From Dehalococcoidia bacterium (GTDB lineage: Bacteria > Chloroflexota > Dehalococcoidia > UBA2979), in NCBI GenBank assembly GCA_963667465.2, contig CAXXDN010000002.1, positions 64,001 to 128,000 of the forward strand: a DNA stretch of 64,000 nucleotides. Direction: 5' to 3'. The position numbers and the translations under genes were made by a program. The notes beneath the pieces were generated by a model. The model worked only from the letters and a program-made list of their open reading frames with translations, was not told the origin of the DNA and searched no databases. Of this stretch, positions 37,401 to 46,112 are shown one piece after another (positions within the stretch are counted from its first letter, which is position 1; every line of letters begins with the position of its first letter).

Positions 37401-38615
37401 CTACGAGCCTGCACCGGCCTCGTTGGCCGCCTCCTGGTCGCTCTCGAGCAGGTCCACCAGTTCGGCGGCCAGCCAGATGCGGCCGCGGGCCCGGCCGGTG
37501 ATCTCGGTCACGATGCCCGCGCGCTCGAGGTCGCCGATCGCCTGGTAGGCGGTCGGCGGGGTGACCCCGGAGCCGGCGCCGGCGAGCAGGCTGATGGCAC
37601 GCGGCGCGGTGACCGCGAGCGACTGACGCCGGATCAGCACCGCGAGGCGCAGTGCGGTCGGCGTCGCGCCGGCCTCCTCGAGCCGCAGCCGCCACTCGTC
37701 CTCGATGGCGATCAGGCGCTGCGCCGTGGTGACGGACGCCCGCGCCCGCGAGGCGACGGCGCGCAGCATGAACGCCAGCCAGCCCGCCCAGTCGCTGCGC
37801 GTGCTGACGGCGAAGAGGCGGTCGTAGTACTGCTGCCGGTGCTCGAAGAGGTAGGGGCTGAGATAGAGCAGCGGATGCTCCAGCCCACGCCGCCGGGCGA
37901 GCAGCAGCGGCATCAGGATCCGGCCGATGCGCCCATTGCCGTCCCGGAAGGGGTGGATCGCCTCGAAGACATAATGCGCCCAGGCGATCTCGACCAGCGG
38001 CGGCGCCTGTGGCTGCGAGTCGATGTAGCCGAACAGGCTCTCGAGGCAGTCGGACATTCGGGCGGGCGGCGGCGGGGCGTAGATCACCTCGCCGCCCCCG
38101 GCGATGTAGGCCTGGACGTCCCGGAACTCGCCGGGGGCGCTGCGCGCCTCGTCGCCAGCGCCCGCCATCAAGGTGCGGTGCAGGTCGCGAACGAGGTCGG
38201 CATCGATCGTCGCGCCCGCGCGGATGCGGTCCAGGCCCTCGTCGAGCGCACTGACGTAGTTGAGCGTCTCCTGCGCGTCAGCGTCGGGGAGCGGTCCGTC
38301 GGCTGCGGCCTCGAGGGCGGCGAGGTCGCCGATCGACGTCCGGGTGCCCTCGATCTGGGAGCTGCGGACGGCCTCGTGCCGGATGTATGGCACGGCCAGC
38401 GCGCTCGCGTCGTGGAGCACACCGCCGAGGCCGATCAATTGCCCGAGCCAGTACTCGGCGTCGGCGAGCAGCACGCCCGCGCTCGCGATGGCGGCCTGCT
38501 CGATCGCGGGCGGGGGCGGCAGCGGGTTGGGAACGAACGTGAGGTCCTGGCCGCCGCCGTAGCGGCGCTGCGTCACGAGCTCGCCCGATGGGTTGGTGAA
38601 TGCGGCTGCATCCAC
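37401..38615 (-). CDS. Fic family protein (class II, N-terminal inhibitory motif, C-terminal HTH-like)
   Basis: HPFRDGNGRIGR Fic motif; SSQIEG inhibitory motif. Confidence 0.92.
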   Translation of the reverse strand: MDAAAFTNPSGELVTQRRYGGGQDLTFVPNPLPPPPAIEQAAIASAGVLLADAEYWLGQLIGLGGVLHDASALAVPYIRHEAVRSSQIEGTRTSIGDLAALEAAADGPLPDADAQETLNYVSALDEGLDRIRAGATIDADLVRDLHRTLMAGAGDEARSAPGEFRDVQAYIAGGGEVIYAPPPPARMSDCLESLFGYIDSQPQAPPLVEIAWAHYVFEAIHPFRDGNGRIGRILMPLLLARRRGLEHPLLYLSPYLFEHRQQYYDRLFAVSTRSDWAGWLAFMLRAVASRARASVTTAQRLIAIEDEWRLRLEEAGATPTALRLAVLIRRQSLAVTAPRAISLLAGAGSGVTPPTAYQAIGDLERAGIVTEITGRARGRIWLAAELVDLLESDQEAANEAGAGS

Positions 38616-38911
38616 GGCGGTGGTCCCTTCTCCTGCTAGTTAAGTATAGGGCGTGATTCTTTATCTGCGTGCTTCGGGAGTGTACCAGAATGAATTAGCA
38701 TAAGCCCATGATCGAAAGAACTGGCAGGGGCCAATAATTAAACCGTGCCCGCTTCACTTTGCTAACGCCCTCGCTTGCTGTTGTTCGCTAAAACAGCATC
38801 AGCTGATACTCAGTTCCCTCCATCCCACGCCTGCCAGCCGGGGCGCGACGTATCATGCGACTCGCTCCTGTCCGCTCCACCTGGGCAGGCAGCACCAGGG
38901 GGAGGATGGCG

Positions 38912-41446
38912 ATGGCGGGTCCGCTCGAGGGTCTCCGGGTGCTTGACCTCACGCGCAACGTCGCCGGCCCGTACGCGACGAAACTGCTCGCCGACTACGG
39001 GGCCGACGTGCTCAAGCTCGAGGCCCCCGGGGGTGACCCGGCCCGTCGCTTCGGGCCGTTCCCCGGCAACGTCGAGGACCTCGAGGCGTCCGGCCTGTTC
39101 CTTCACCTCAACACCAACAAGCGTTCGGCGACCGTCGATCCCGAAACCGCCGGCGGAGCAGCGACGATTCGCCGCCTCGCCTCGGAGTGCGACGTGGTGA
39201 TCGAGGACTACGAAGCGGGGTGTGCCGCCGAGTGGGGTTGGGGCTGGGACAAGCTTACGCGCGACCGCGACGACCTCGTGATGCTCTCGCTCACGCCGTT
39301 CGGGCAGGACGGCCCGTACCGCGACTACCTCGGATCCGAGATCACCCTCCAGGCGCTGGGCGGCCCGCTGTGGATCACCGGGCATCGTAGCCGCGAACCG
39401 CTGAAGTTCGCCGGGCACGTGGCGCACTACTCGGCCGGAGCGACGGCCGCGCTTGCCATCCTGCTCGCCCGCTATCGCGTCGAGGCAGGAGGCTCCGGCG
39501 ACTACATCGACCTCGCGGTATACGAGTGCCAGGCCGGGTTTCGCGACCGGCGCGTGGTCGACCTCACCGGTGCGGCCTACGCGGGCTGCACGATGCGACG
39601 CCGCGCCGGCGGCCAGCTGCCGGCGAGCGGCGTCCGTCCCGCGCTGGACGGCTTCGTCAACCTGCACGGGTTCGGCCCCCGCCTTCCGGGCTTCCTCGCG
39701 TTGATCGGGCGTGAAGACCTGATCGCCCGCGAGGAGCTGTTCCAGGCGGTCAACTACGTTCCCGGCGAGCTCATCGAGGAGCTCGAGGCGTCCTACGCCG
39801 AGTTCCTCCAGCGCACGCCGAAGCTCGAGGCGCTGCGCCAGGCGCAGGAGCTGGGCCTCCTCGGCGGAGCACTGCTCACGTTCGAGGAGCTGCTGCAGAA
39901 CCCGCACTTCCGGGATCGCGGCGTCTGGGACACGGTCGAGCATCCGCGGACCGGGCCGCTCGAGTACCCCGGCAGGCCCTTCATCATGAACGCCTCGCCC
40001 CGCCCCGCCCCGCGGCGCGCGCCGCTGCTTGGCGAGCACGACGCGACCCTCACGGCGCCCTCGGCCTGGCCGCGGCGCGAGGCGGCGCGATTGCCGCGGA
40101 CGCCGCGAGCGGCGGAGGAGGGCGTGCTGCGGCGCCCACCCCTCGAGGGCATCCGGGTGGCCGCTGCGACGGTGGTCTGGGCAGGCCCGCACGCCACCCA
40201 GCTGCTCGCGGAGTGGGGCGCCGAGGTGATCCGCGTCGAGCCGATGAACCGCATCCACCCAAACACCCGCGGCGCAGAGGTGGGGCTCACGAAGGAGCAG
40301 ATCGAGGAACAACTGCTCGACGGCGCCAACCTCGCCGCGCTCTACCCCGGCCTCGATCCGAAGGACGACCGCTGGAACCGCTCCGCCAACTTCAACTCAC
40401 ACGGCCGCAACAAGAAGTCGATGACCGCCGACATCTCTGCGCCCGAGGGCCGCGAAGCGTTCCTGCGCCTGGTCAAGGTCAGCGACGTGGTGATCGAGAA
40501 CAACTCGCCTGGCGCGTTCGACCGCGCGCGCCTCGGCTGGGACGAGCTGCGCGAGGTGAACCCGCGGCTCGTGATGGTGCGGATGCCGGCCTTCGGCCTC
40601 TCCGGCCCCTACCGCGACTACCGCTCCTTCGGCACCCACGCCGAGGCGATGGTCGGCCAGACCCTGCTGCGCCGCTACATCGACGGAGATCCGCAGCTCT
40701 CCGGCGACGTGCTGACCGCCGACGCGATGGCGGGGGTCCATGGCGCGGTCGCCGCGATGATGGGACTGCGGCACCGCGAGCGGACCGGCGAGGGCCAGCT
40801 GATCGAGCTGCCGCTCGCCGAGGCGTATATCCCGCTGCTTGGCGACTTCATCCTCGACTACGTGATGAACGGCAACGACGTCACGGCGCAGGGCAACACG
40901 CACCGCTGGCACGCACCCCACGGGGTCTACCCGACCCGGGGCGAGGACCAGTGGATCGCGATCGATGTCGCGACCGACGGGCAGTTCGCCGCGCTGTGCA
41001 GGGTGCTCGGCAGCCCCGGGCTCGCCGCCGACCCGCGCTACACGAGCGCGGCGGGCCGCCGGAAGCATCGCGTCAAGCTCGAAGCGAGCATCGGCGCGCT
41101 GACCGCCACCCGCGACAAGGAGGCGCTGTTCCACGAGCTGCAAGGCGCCGGTGTCTGCGCCGCCCCGGTCCGTGACTCGCTGGAGATCCTCGAGGATCCG
41201 CAGCTGAACGCGCGGGACTGGTTCCGCGAGATCCACATGCCGGCGGTGGGTACGCACCGCTATCCCGGCTACCTCTTCAAGCTGCGCAACACCTCGGACG
41301 AGGTGCGGCTCCCGCCGCCCCGCCTTGGCGAGCACAACGAGGAGCTGTATCTCGACCTGCTCGGCTACTCCCGCGAGGAGTACGAATCGTTCATCGAGCG
41401 CGGTACTGTCGGGACGCGTTACCCGGACGAGATCCTGCCGGGCTGA
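38912..41446 (+). CDS. Tandem two-domain CaiB/BaiF CoA-transferase
   Basis: Two 'PLEGxRV' starts and two NKRS/NKKS motifs; GGAGG RBS. Confidence 0.92.
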   Translation: MAGPLEGLRVLDLTRNVAGPYATKLLADYGADVLKLEAPGGDPARRFGPFPGNVEDLEASGLFLHLNTNKRSATVDPETAGGAATIRRLASECDVVIEDYEAGCAAEWGWGWDKLTRDRDDLVMLSLTPFGQDGPYRDYLGSEITLQALGGPLWITGHRSREPLKFAGHVAHYSAGATAALAILLARYRVEAGGSGDYIDLAVYECQAGFRDRRVVDLTGAAYAGCTMRRRAGGQLPASGVRPALDGFVNLHGFGPRLPGFLALIGREDLIAREELFQAVNYVPGELIEELEASYAEFLQRTPKLEALRQAQELGLLGGALLTFEELLQNPHFRDRGVWDTVEHPRTGPLEYPGRPFIMNASPRPAPRRAPLLGEHDATLTAPSAWPRREAARLPRTPRAAEEGVLRRPPLEGIRVAAATVVWAGPHATQLLAEWGAEVIRVEPMNRIHPNTRGAEVGLTKEQIEEQLLDGANLAALYPGLDPKDDRWNRSANFNSHGRNKKSMTADISAPEGREAFLRLVKVSDVVIENNSPGAFDRARLGWDELREVNPRLVMVRMPAFGLSGPYRDYRSFGTHAEAMVGQTLLRRYIDGDPQLSGDVLTADAMAGVHGAVAAMMGLRHRERTGEGQLIELPLAEAYIPLLGDFILDYVMNGNDVTAQGNTHRWHAPHGVYPTRGEDQWIAIDVATDGQFAALCRVLGSPGLAADPRYTSAAGRRKHRVKLEASIGALTATRDKEALFHELQGAGVCAAPVRDSLEILEDPQLNARDWFREIHMPAVGTHRYPGYLFKLRNTSDEVRLPPPRLGEHNEELYLDLLGYSREEYESFIERGTVGTRYPDEILPG

Positions 41447-41460
41447 TCGCGAGTGGCGGC

Positions 41461-41997
41461 GTGAGCGCGGAGCAGCCGGACTGGCGCGAGTACCTGAACC
41501 TCGATGACGCGGCGCTGCTGCGCCAGTGCGATGTCGACCGCTTTCGCGCGAGCGGACCGGGCGGGCAGAAGCGCAACGTCACCGACTCCGCCGTGCGCCT
41601 GCGGCACCGCCCCTCAGGACTGAGCGCCGAGGCCAACGAGTCGCGCTCGCAGCACGAGAACCGGGCGCGCGCCCTGCGCCGCCTGCGCCACGCGATCGCG
41701 CTGCAGCTGCGCGCGCCCGTCAGCCTCGATGGCTACGCGCCCGCTCCGGAGCTCGCCGCCGCTCGCACGAAGGAGCGCAGGCTGTCGCTCGGCCGCCGCG
41801 ACGCGCGCTACCCGGCGGCGCTGGCGGCGCTCTTCGACCTGCTCGCCGCCAGCGGCTGGCGGCCGGGTGAGGCGGCGCGCGCCCTCGATGTCACAAATGC
41901 GTCGCTGAGCCGCTTCCTCGAGGGCGACCGCGCCGCCTGGCGCGCGCTCAACGAGCTACGCCGCGAGCACGGGCTGGCGGCGCTGCGTGGACGGTAG
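41461..41997 (+). CDS. Peptide chain release factor-like protein (GGQ domain plus C-terminal HTH-like region)
   Basis: 'FRASGPGGQKRNVTDSAVRLRH...ESRSQHENR'; no codon-recognition domain. Confidence 0.88.
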   Translation: MSAEQPDWREYLNLDDAALLRQCDVDRFRASGPGGQKRNVTDSAVRLRHRPSGLSAEANESRSQHENRARALRRLRHAIALQLRAPVSLDGYAPAPELAAARTKERRLSLGRRDARYPAALAALFDLLAASGWRPGEAARALDVTNASLSRFLEGDRAAWRALNELRREHGLAALRGR

Positions 41998-42000
41998 GGC

Positions 42001-43251
42001 CTAACGCAGGTCGAACGCGCGCGACTCGATCGCGACGATCTTGCCGTTGCGGTACTCCCAAATCTCGACGAACCCGGTGACGAGGTCGCCCGTGGCGTTC
42101 CAGTCGAGCGGCGAGGCCGCGCCGTCGTAGTCGATCTCCTCGCCGTTGCGCACGGCCTCAAGGGCCGCCGCGACGCCCTCGGGACCGGCGATCACGATGC
42201 GGCCGGGCGGCTGTACGACGTTGCGCAGCTGGTCGCGGATCGCGGCGCTGTCGGTGGAGCCGGCGGCCTCGGCGGCGAGCGCGATGGCGATCACGGCGTC
42301 GTAGCCCTCGCGCACGTAGGCGCGCGCCGGCTCCTCGCCGAACTGCACGACGTACGCGCGGTTCCACGCCGCCGTCGAGGGCTCGTCGGGTCCGCTGCCG
42401 GGCGCCGTGCCCTTCGAGCCGTCGAGGTGGGCGGGGCCGATCTTGGCGGCAAGGTCCTCGCTGCGGGTCGCGTCGGCGAAGACGAACTTCGTGAAGATGT
42501 CGTTCTCGATCGACTCGCGCAGGAAGACCTCTGCCTCGCCGGGGAAGGCGAGCACCACCAGCAGATCGGCGCCGCCGCTCGCCGCCTTCTGCAGCTCGGC
42601 CACGTAGGAAGGCTGGCCGAGCGCCGAGTAGGAGGCGGCCGCGGCCGTGCCGCCGAAGTGCTGCGTGAAGACCTCGGCCAGGCCCTGCCCGTAGGCGTCG
42701 TCGCGGTAGAGCAGGCCGACGTTGTCGAGCCCCTCTTCGCGTGCGAGCGTGGCGAGCACGACGCCCTTTGCCACGTCCGAGGGCGCGCTGCGGAACAGGA
42801 AGTCGTTGTCGTTCGAGGTGGAGAGCGCCGGCGAGGAGGCGGAGGGTGTGATCATGACGACGCCCGAGGGCCCGATCACGCTCTCCGTGACGGCGAGCGT
42901 GACCGTGCTGGAGATCGCGCCGACGATTGCCTGCACGCCCTCGACGTCCACGAGGCGGCGCGCCTCCTCGACGCCCTGCGTGGGGTTCACCCTGGTGTCG
43001 CCGGCGTAGAGCAGGACGTTCTGCCCGTTGACGCCGCCGGCCTCGTTGAGGTGCTGGACCGCGAGCTCCACGCCGACGCTGACCACGTCCCCGAGCTCCG
43101 CGAGCGAGCCGGAGCGATCGGCGAGGTAGCCGATTCGCAGTGGCGCGCTCGCCTCCTCGCCGTCGCCGTCGCCGTCGCCGTCGCAAGCGGCGGCGATCAT
43201 GGCGCCGGAGGAGAGCAGCAGGAGAAGCAGTACGGTGAACAGCTTGCGCAT
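42001..43251 (-). CDS. Branched-chain amino acid type ABC substrate-binding lipoprotein
   Basis: Lipobox AAAC, (DG)n linker, 'ITPSASSPAL', 'YDAVIAIALA'. Confidence 0.9.
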   Translation of the reverse strand: MRKLFTVLLLLLLSSGAMIAAACDGDGDGDGEEASAPLRIGYLADRSGSLAELGDVVSVGVELAVQHLNEAGGVNGQNVLLYAGDTRVNPTQGVEEARRLVDVEGVQAIVGAISSTVTLAVTESVIGPSGVVMITPSASSPALSTSNDNDFLFRSAPSDVAKGVVLATLAREEGLDNVGLLYRDDAYGQGLAEVFTQHFGGTAAAASYSALGQPSYVAELQKAASGGADLLVVLAFPGEAEVFLRESIENDIFTKFVFADATRSEDLAAKIGPAHLDGSKGTAPGSGPDEPSTAAWNRAYVVQFGEEPARAYVREGYDAVIAIALAAEAAGSTDSAAIRDQLRNVVQPPGRIVIAGPEGVAAALEAVRNGEEIDYDGAASPLDWNATGDLVTGFVEIWEYRNGKIVAIESRAFDLR

Positions 43252-43284
43252 GAGCACAGCCTAGGGCGTTCACGCGACCCCGTC

Positions 43285-43497
43285 TCATACGTGCTCGCTG
43301 ACGGTCAAGCCGTGCAACTCGAGGGGTCCGATGCGTCTCGAAACGCTGTGGGACTCTACTGCGCTGGGTCCGCTCGGTCCGCTCGGAGTAGAGGGGAGGC
43401 CTCCTACCTCAAGCCCGTCGACTGGCGACGGGGTTGGGGGGTACGAGGGCTCCGGGGAGGGCCTTGTCCACTGGTCGGAGCTGTTGGTGGTTGCCAC
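43285..43497 (-). CDS. Putative small Pro/Ser-rich protein (70 aa), or structured RNA region
   Basis: AAGGAG 6 nt before GTG 43497; AT-richer promoter-like region upstream; no recognisable family. Confidence 0.4.
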   Translation of the reverse strand: MATTNSSDQWTRPSPEPSYPPTPSPVDGLEVGGLPSTPSGPSGPSAVESHSVSRRIGPLELHGLTVSEHV

Positions 43498-43639
43498 CTG
43501 CAACTCCTTGATTCGCTTCCTGAGTGATACTGGGACTATTGAGCGGCTTTTGCTCTGTAGTTGTAATTCACTCGAACGTTACGATTCCGAGGGGGTGACT
43601 CCCCTCGCTGCGCGTGTGGCCAGGGCTGCGAGCTGCGGC

Positions 43640-43951
43640 TCAGATCCGCTCGATCGTCGCGGTCAGGCCGTGGGATTCGAGGCGGTCGCGGTACAGCTCG
43701 GCGCGTTCGAGCGGGCACGCGATCACCTGCGCGCGGCCCTGCAGGTGCGCCTCCAGCATGATCGCCGTTGCATCCCTGACGCTCAGTTCCGGCACCGAGG
43801 CGAGCAGCGCACGCACGACGTGCCCCATCTCGTTGACGTCGTCGTTGTGCAGGATCAGGCGATAGGGCGGCAGCGTTTCGTCAAGCGTGCGCTCGCGCTG
43901 TGCGGGCTCACGCACGGGGGCGGACGGCGTTGGCGCGGGCGGCGAGGTCAT
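43640..43951 (-). CDS. clpS: ClpS N-degron adaptor (paralog 2)
   Basis: 'YRLILHNDDVNEMGHVV...IMLEAHLQGRAQV...GLTATIE'. Confidence 0.88.
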   Translation of the reverse strand: MTSPPAPTPSAPVREPAQRERTLDETLPPYRLILHNDDVNEMGHVVRALLASVPELSVRDATAIMLEAHLQGRAQVIACPLERAELYRDRLESHGLTATIERI

Positions 43952-44087
43952 GGCGAGGTTCTCCCGCGAGCGGTGGTCCGTGGCCGACCGATGGTACGGC
44001 GCTGCTGCGGCCTCGGGATCGGCGCGACCGCGGCGCGGGTGGCGCAGCGCTGGATCGCACGGGCGCAGGTCGCAATGATCGGCGGCG

Positions 44088-45023
44088 ATGCTGGACGTGG
44101 TGCTGGTTGTCGCCGGACTGGCCGCGCTGATTGGCGGCGCCTGGATCCTGGTGCATGAAGCCGAGCGGCTGGCAGTGCGGCTCGGTCTGCGTCCGATGTT
44201 GGTCGGCCTGACGGTAGTGGCCCTCGGCACGTCGGCGCCGGAGATGATCGTCGGCGCTTCTGCCTCCGCCCGAGGCGCGGGCGAGCTGGCGGTCGGCGGC
44301 GTGCTCGGCTCGAACGTGGCGAACGTCGCGCTCGTGCTCGGCCTGGGGATCGTCATGCGCCCGCTCGCGGTGAGCTCGAGGCTGCTTCGCTGGGAGCTCC
44401 CCGCGCTCGGCACGGCGACGGTGCTCGTGCTGCTGTTCGGGGCGAGCGGCACGATCGGACGCATCGAGGGCGCCGTGCTGCTTGCCTTGCTCGTGGTCTT
44501 CCTCGTTGTCTCGGCGCAGCTCGGGGCGGAGTCCGGCCAGTCGCGGTCGGCGGAGGTCGAAGTCCTCCAACCGGCCGTATCGATACTGCGCGGCGCCGTG
44601 CAACTGCTCGTTGGCGTTGCCGCGTTGGCTGCGGGCTCGGAGTTGCTGGTGCGCGGTGCGACCGGTCTGGCCGAGCGCCTCGACATCAGCCAGGTCGTGA
44701 TCGGCGCGGTAATCATCGCCGTTGGGACCAGCTTGCCCGAGCTCGCGACAACGGCCGTGGCGGCGTTGGGGCGCCGGAACGCGATCGCGGTGGGCAACGT
44801 GATCGGCTCGAACGTCTTCAACCTCCTGGGAGCGCTCGGCCTCGCGGCGCTGGTCGCCCCGCTGCCGATCGATGGCCGCCTCTACGAGCTGGAGTTGCCG
44901 GCGATGGCGCTGAGCACGGTGCTACTGGTCCCGCTGGCCTGGCGTGAGGAGAACGGACGCGCCTTGGGAGTCGTGCTGCTCGTGCTCTATGCGCTCTTCG
45001 TGGCGGGCCTGATGAGCCACTGA
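44088..45023 (+). CDS. Ca2+/Na+ antiporter (YrbG family)
   Basis: Two alpha repeats 'GTSAPE'/'GTSLPE', 'GSNVAN'/'GSNVFN'. Confidence 0.93.
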   Translation: MLDVVLVVAGLAALIGGAWILVHEAERLAVRLGLRPMLVGLTVVALGTSAPEMIVGASASARGAGELAVGGVLGSNVANVALVLGLGIVMRPLAVSSRLLRWELPALGTATVLVLLFGASGTIGRIEGAVLLALLVVFLVVSAQLGAESGQSRSAEVEVLQPAVSILRGAVQLLVGVAALAAGSELLVRGATGLAERLDISQVVIGAVIIAVGTSLPELATTAVAALGRRNAIAVGNVIGSNVFNLLGALGLAALVAPLPIDGRLYELELPAMALSTVLLVPLAWREENGRALGVVLLVLYALFVAGLMSH

Positions 45024-45037
45024 CGCCAGGCTGGCGC

Positions 45038-45095
45038 GCTCTCAGTAGCGCCAGGTGCTCTCAGTAGCTCCAGGTGCTCTCAGTAGCTCCAGGTG
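45038..45095. repeat. 3 x 19-bp tandem repeat containing the stop codon of the PPOX-family gene
   Basis: gctctcagtagc(g/t)ccaggt at 45038, 45057, 45076. Confidence 0.9.
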
Positions 45096-45502
45096 ATCGT
45101 GCGGCGGGGGCGCAGCCGCAGGATCACCTCGCCCTCGCGCGGTGCGTCCGGCAGCTCGTCCTCGGACACGCCGCGCTGACGCCGGCCCGCGCGCTCGATG
45201 GCGAGCCGCTCGTCATAGTCGCGCACGATCTCGAGGTCGCCCTGCACAAGCACGCCGCTCCAATCGCCGGACGCCTTCGAGCCCGCGACCAGCAGCGAGC
45301 CGAGCGGGTTCGCCGCGGCGTTGCGCACCTTGCGCGTGCGCGCAGGGGTGCCGACGTAGAGCACGGCGCCGATGCGGTAGTAGCCGAGGGCAACGCTGTG
45401 CGGGTAACCGTCCGCGTCGAGCGTGGTGAGCACGGCCCACTCGCTGCGGCGGTCCAGGTACTCGGCGATCCCCGGCTCGTCGATCGTTCGCTCGCTACTC
45501 AT
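45080..45502 (-). CDS. Pyridoxamine 5'-phosphate oxidase-like (PPOX/F420-binding) protein
   Basis: 'AVLTTLDADGYPH', 'KVRN', 'GVLVQG', ends 'ITWSY'. Confidence 0.82.
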   Translation of the reverse strand: MSSERTIDEPGIAEYLDRRSEWAVLTTLDADGYPHSVALGYYRIGAVLYVGTPARTRKVRNAAANPLGSLLVAGSKASGDWSGVLVQGDLEIVRDYDERLAIERAGRRQRGVSEDELPDAPREGEVILRLRPRRTITWSY

Positions 45503-46004
45503 GGTCGCGGTCCGTCGGTTGCGCGCGGGTGGACGCGCAATCTGCCACGTCGCGCGCGGCGCGGCTACTCGGGCGGCCCGCCCACCCGTTGACCTCGTCG
45601 ATGACGGCGAAGAGGTCGCCCGTGCGGTAGAAGTTCACCGCCACCCGGTTCGGCGTCAGACCGCGCTCCGAGACGCACTCGCGCAGCCGCGTAAGCAGCA
45701 CGTCCCGCGCGTTGAGCAGCTCCGCGTCCTCCGGCTTCGGCGCGATGTCCTCGATCCAGTGGGTGACCAGGAACCACGGCGCGCCCGACGCGCCACGGTT
45801 GGGCTCGCAGCTGCGGTCGTCGGCGGAGTGGAAGGCGAACGGCGTATCCTGCGTCAGCTCGAAGCCGCGATGTAGCCACGGGACGGGCGCGCGACAGGCG
45901 TTCTCCGTCATCACGATCAGCCGCTCGTTGCGCCTGACCAGCTCGCCCAGCGTCGGCCACGGCGTAGCGCGGCCGGGATGCGCGCAGGCCGATCGAGGCC
46001 AGCG
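45495..46004 (-). pseudogene. C-terminal fragment of a PI-PLC-like phosphodiesterase
   Basis: 'WPTLGELVRRNERLIVM', 'SCEPNRG', 'PNRVAVNFY..GD' preserved; in-frame TGA at 46005-46007 with no start codon before the conserved block. Confidence 0.6.
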
Positions 46005-46112
46005 TCACATCGACGGGAGCATTCCCGGCAGCGCCGGCCGGCTCGGGCGCCGCGCGGCTTCGTATACGCGCTCGCCCGGCAGCGGGTAGCATCGCCCTCG
46101 AGGACGGCGCCC

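Noticed and set aside
43159-43184. (GCCGTC)n repeat as a phase-variation tract
   Set aside because: The hexamer unit keeps the frame and simply encodes the Asp-Gly linker after the lipoprotein Cys
43258-43639. tmRNA, RNase P RNA, SRP or 6S RNA
   Set aside because: No tRNA-like ends, no GAGGAAAGUCC core and no SRP GGAA-loop consensus found by eye; kept only as an unexplained region
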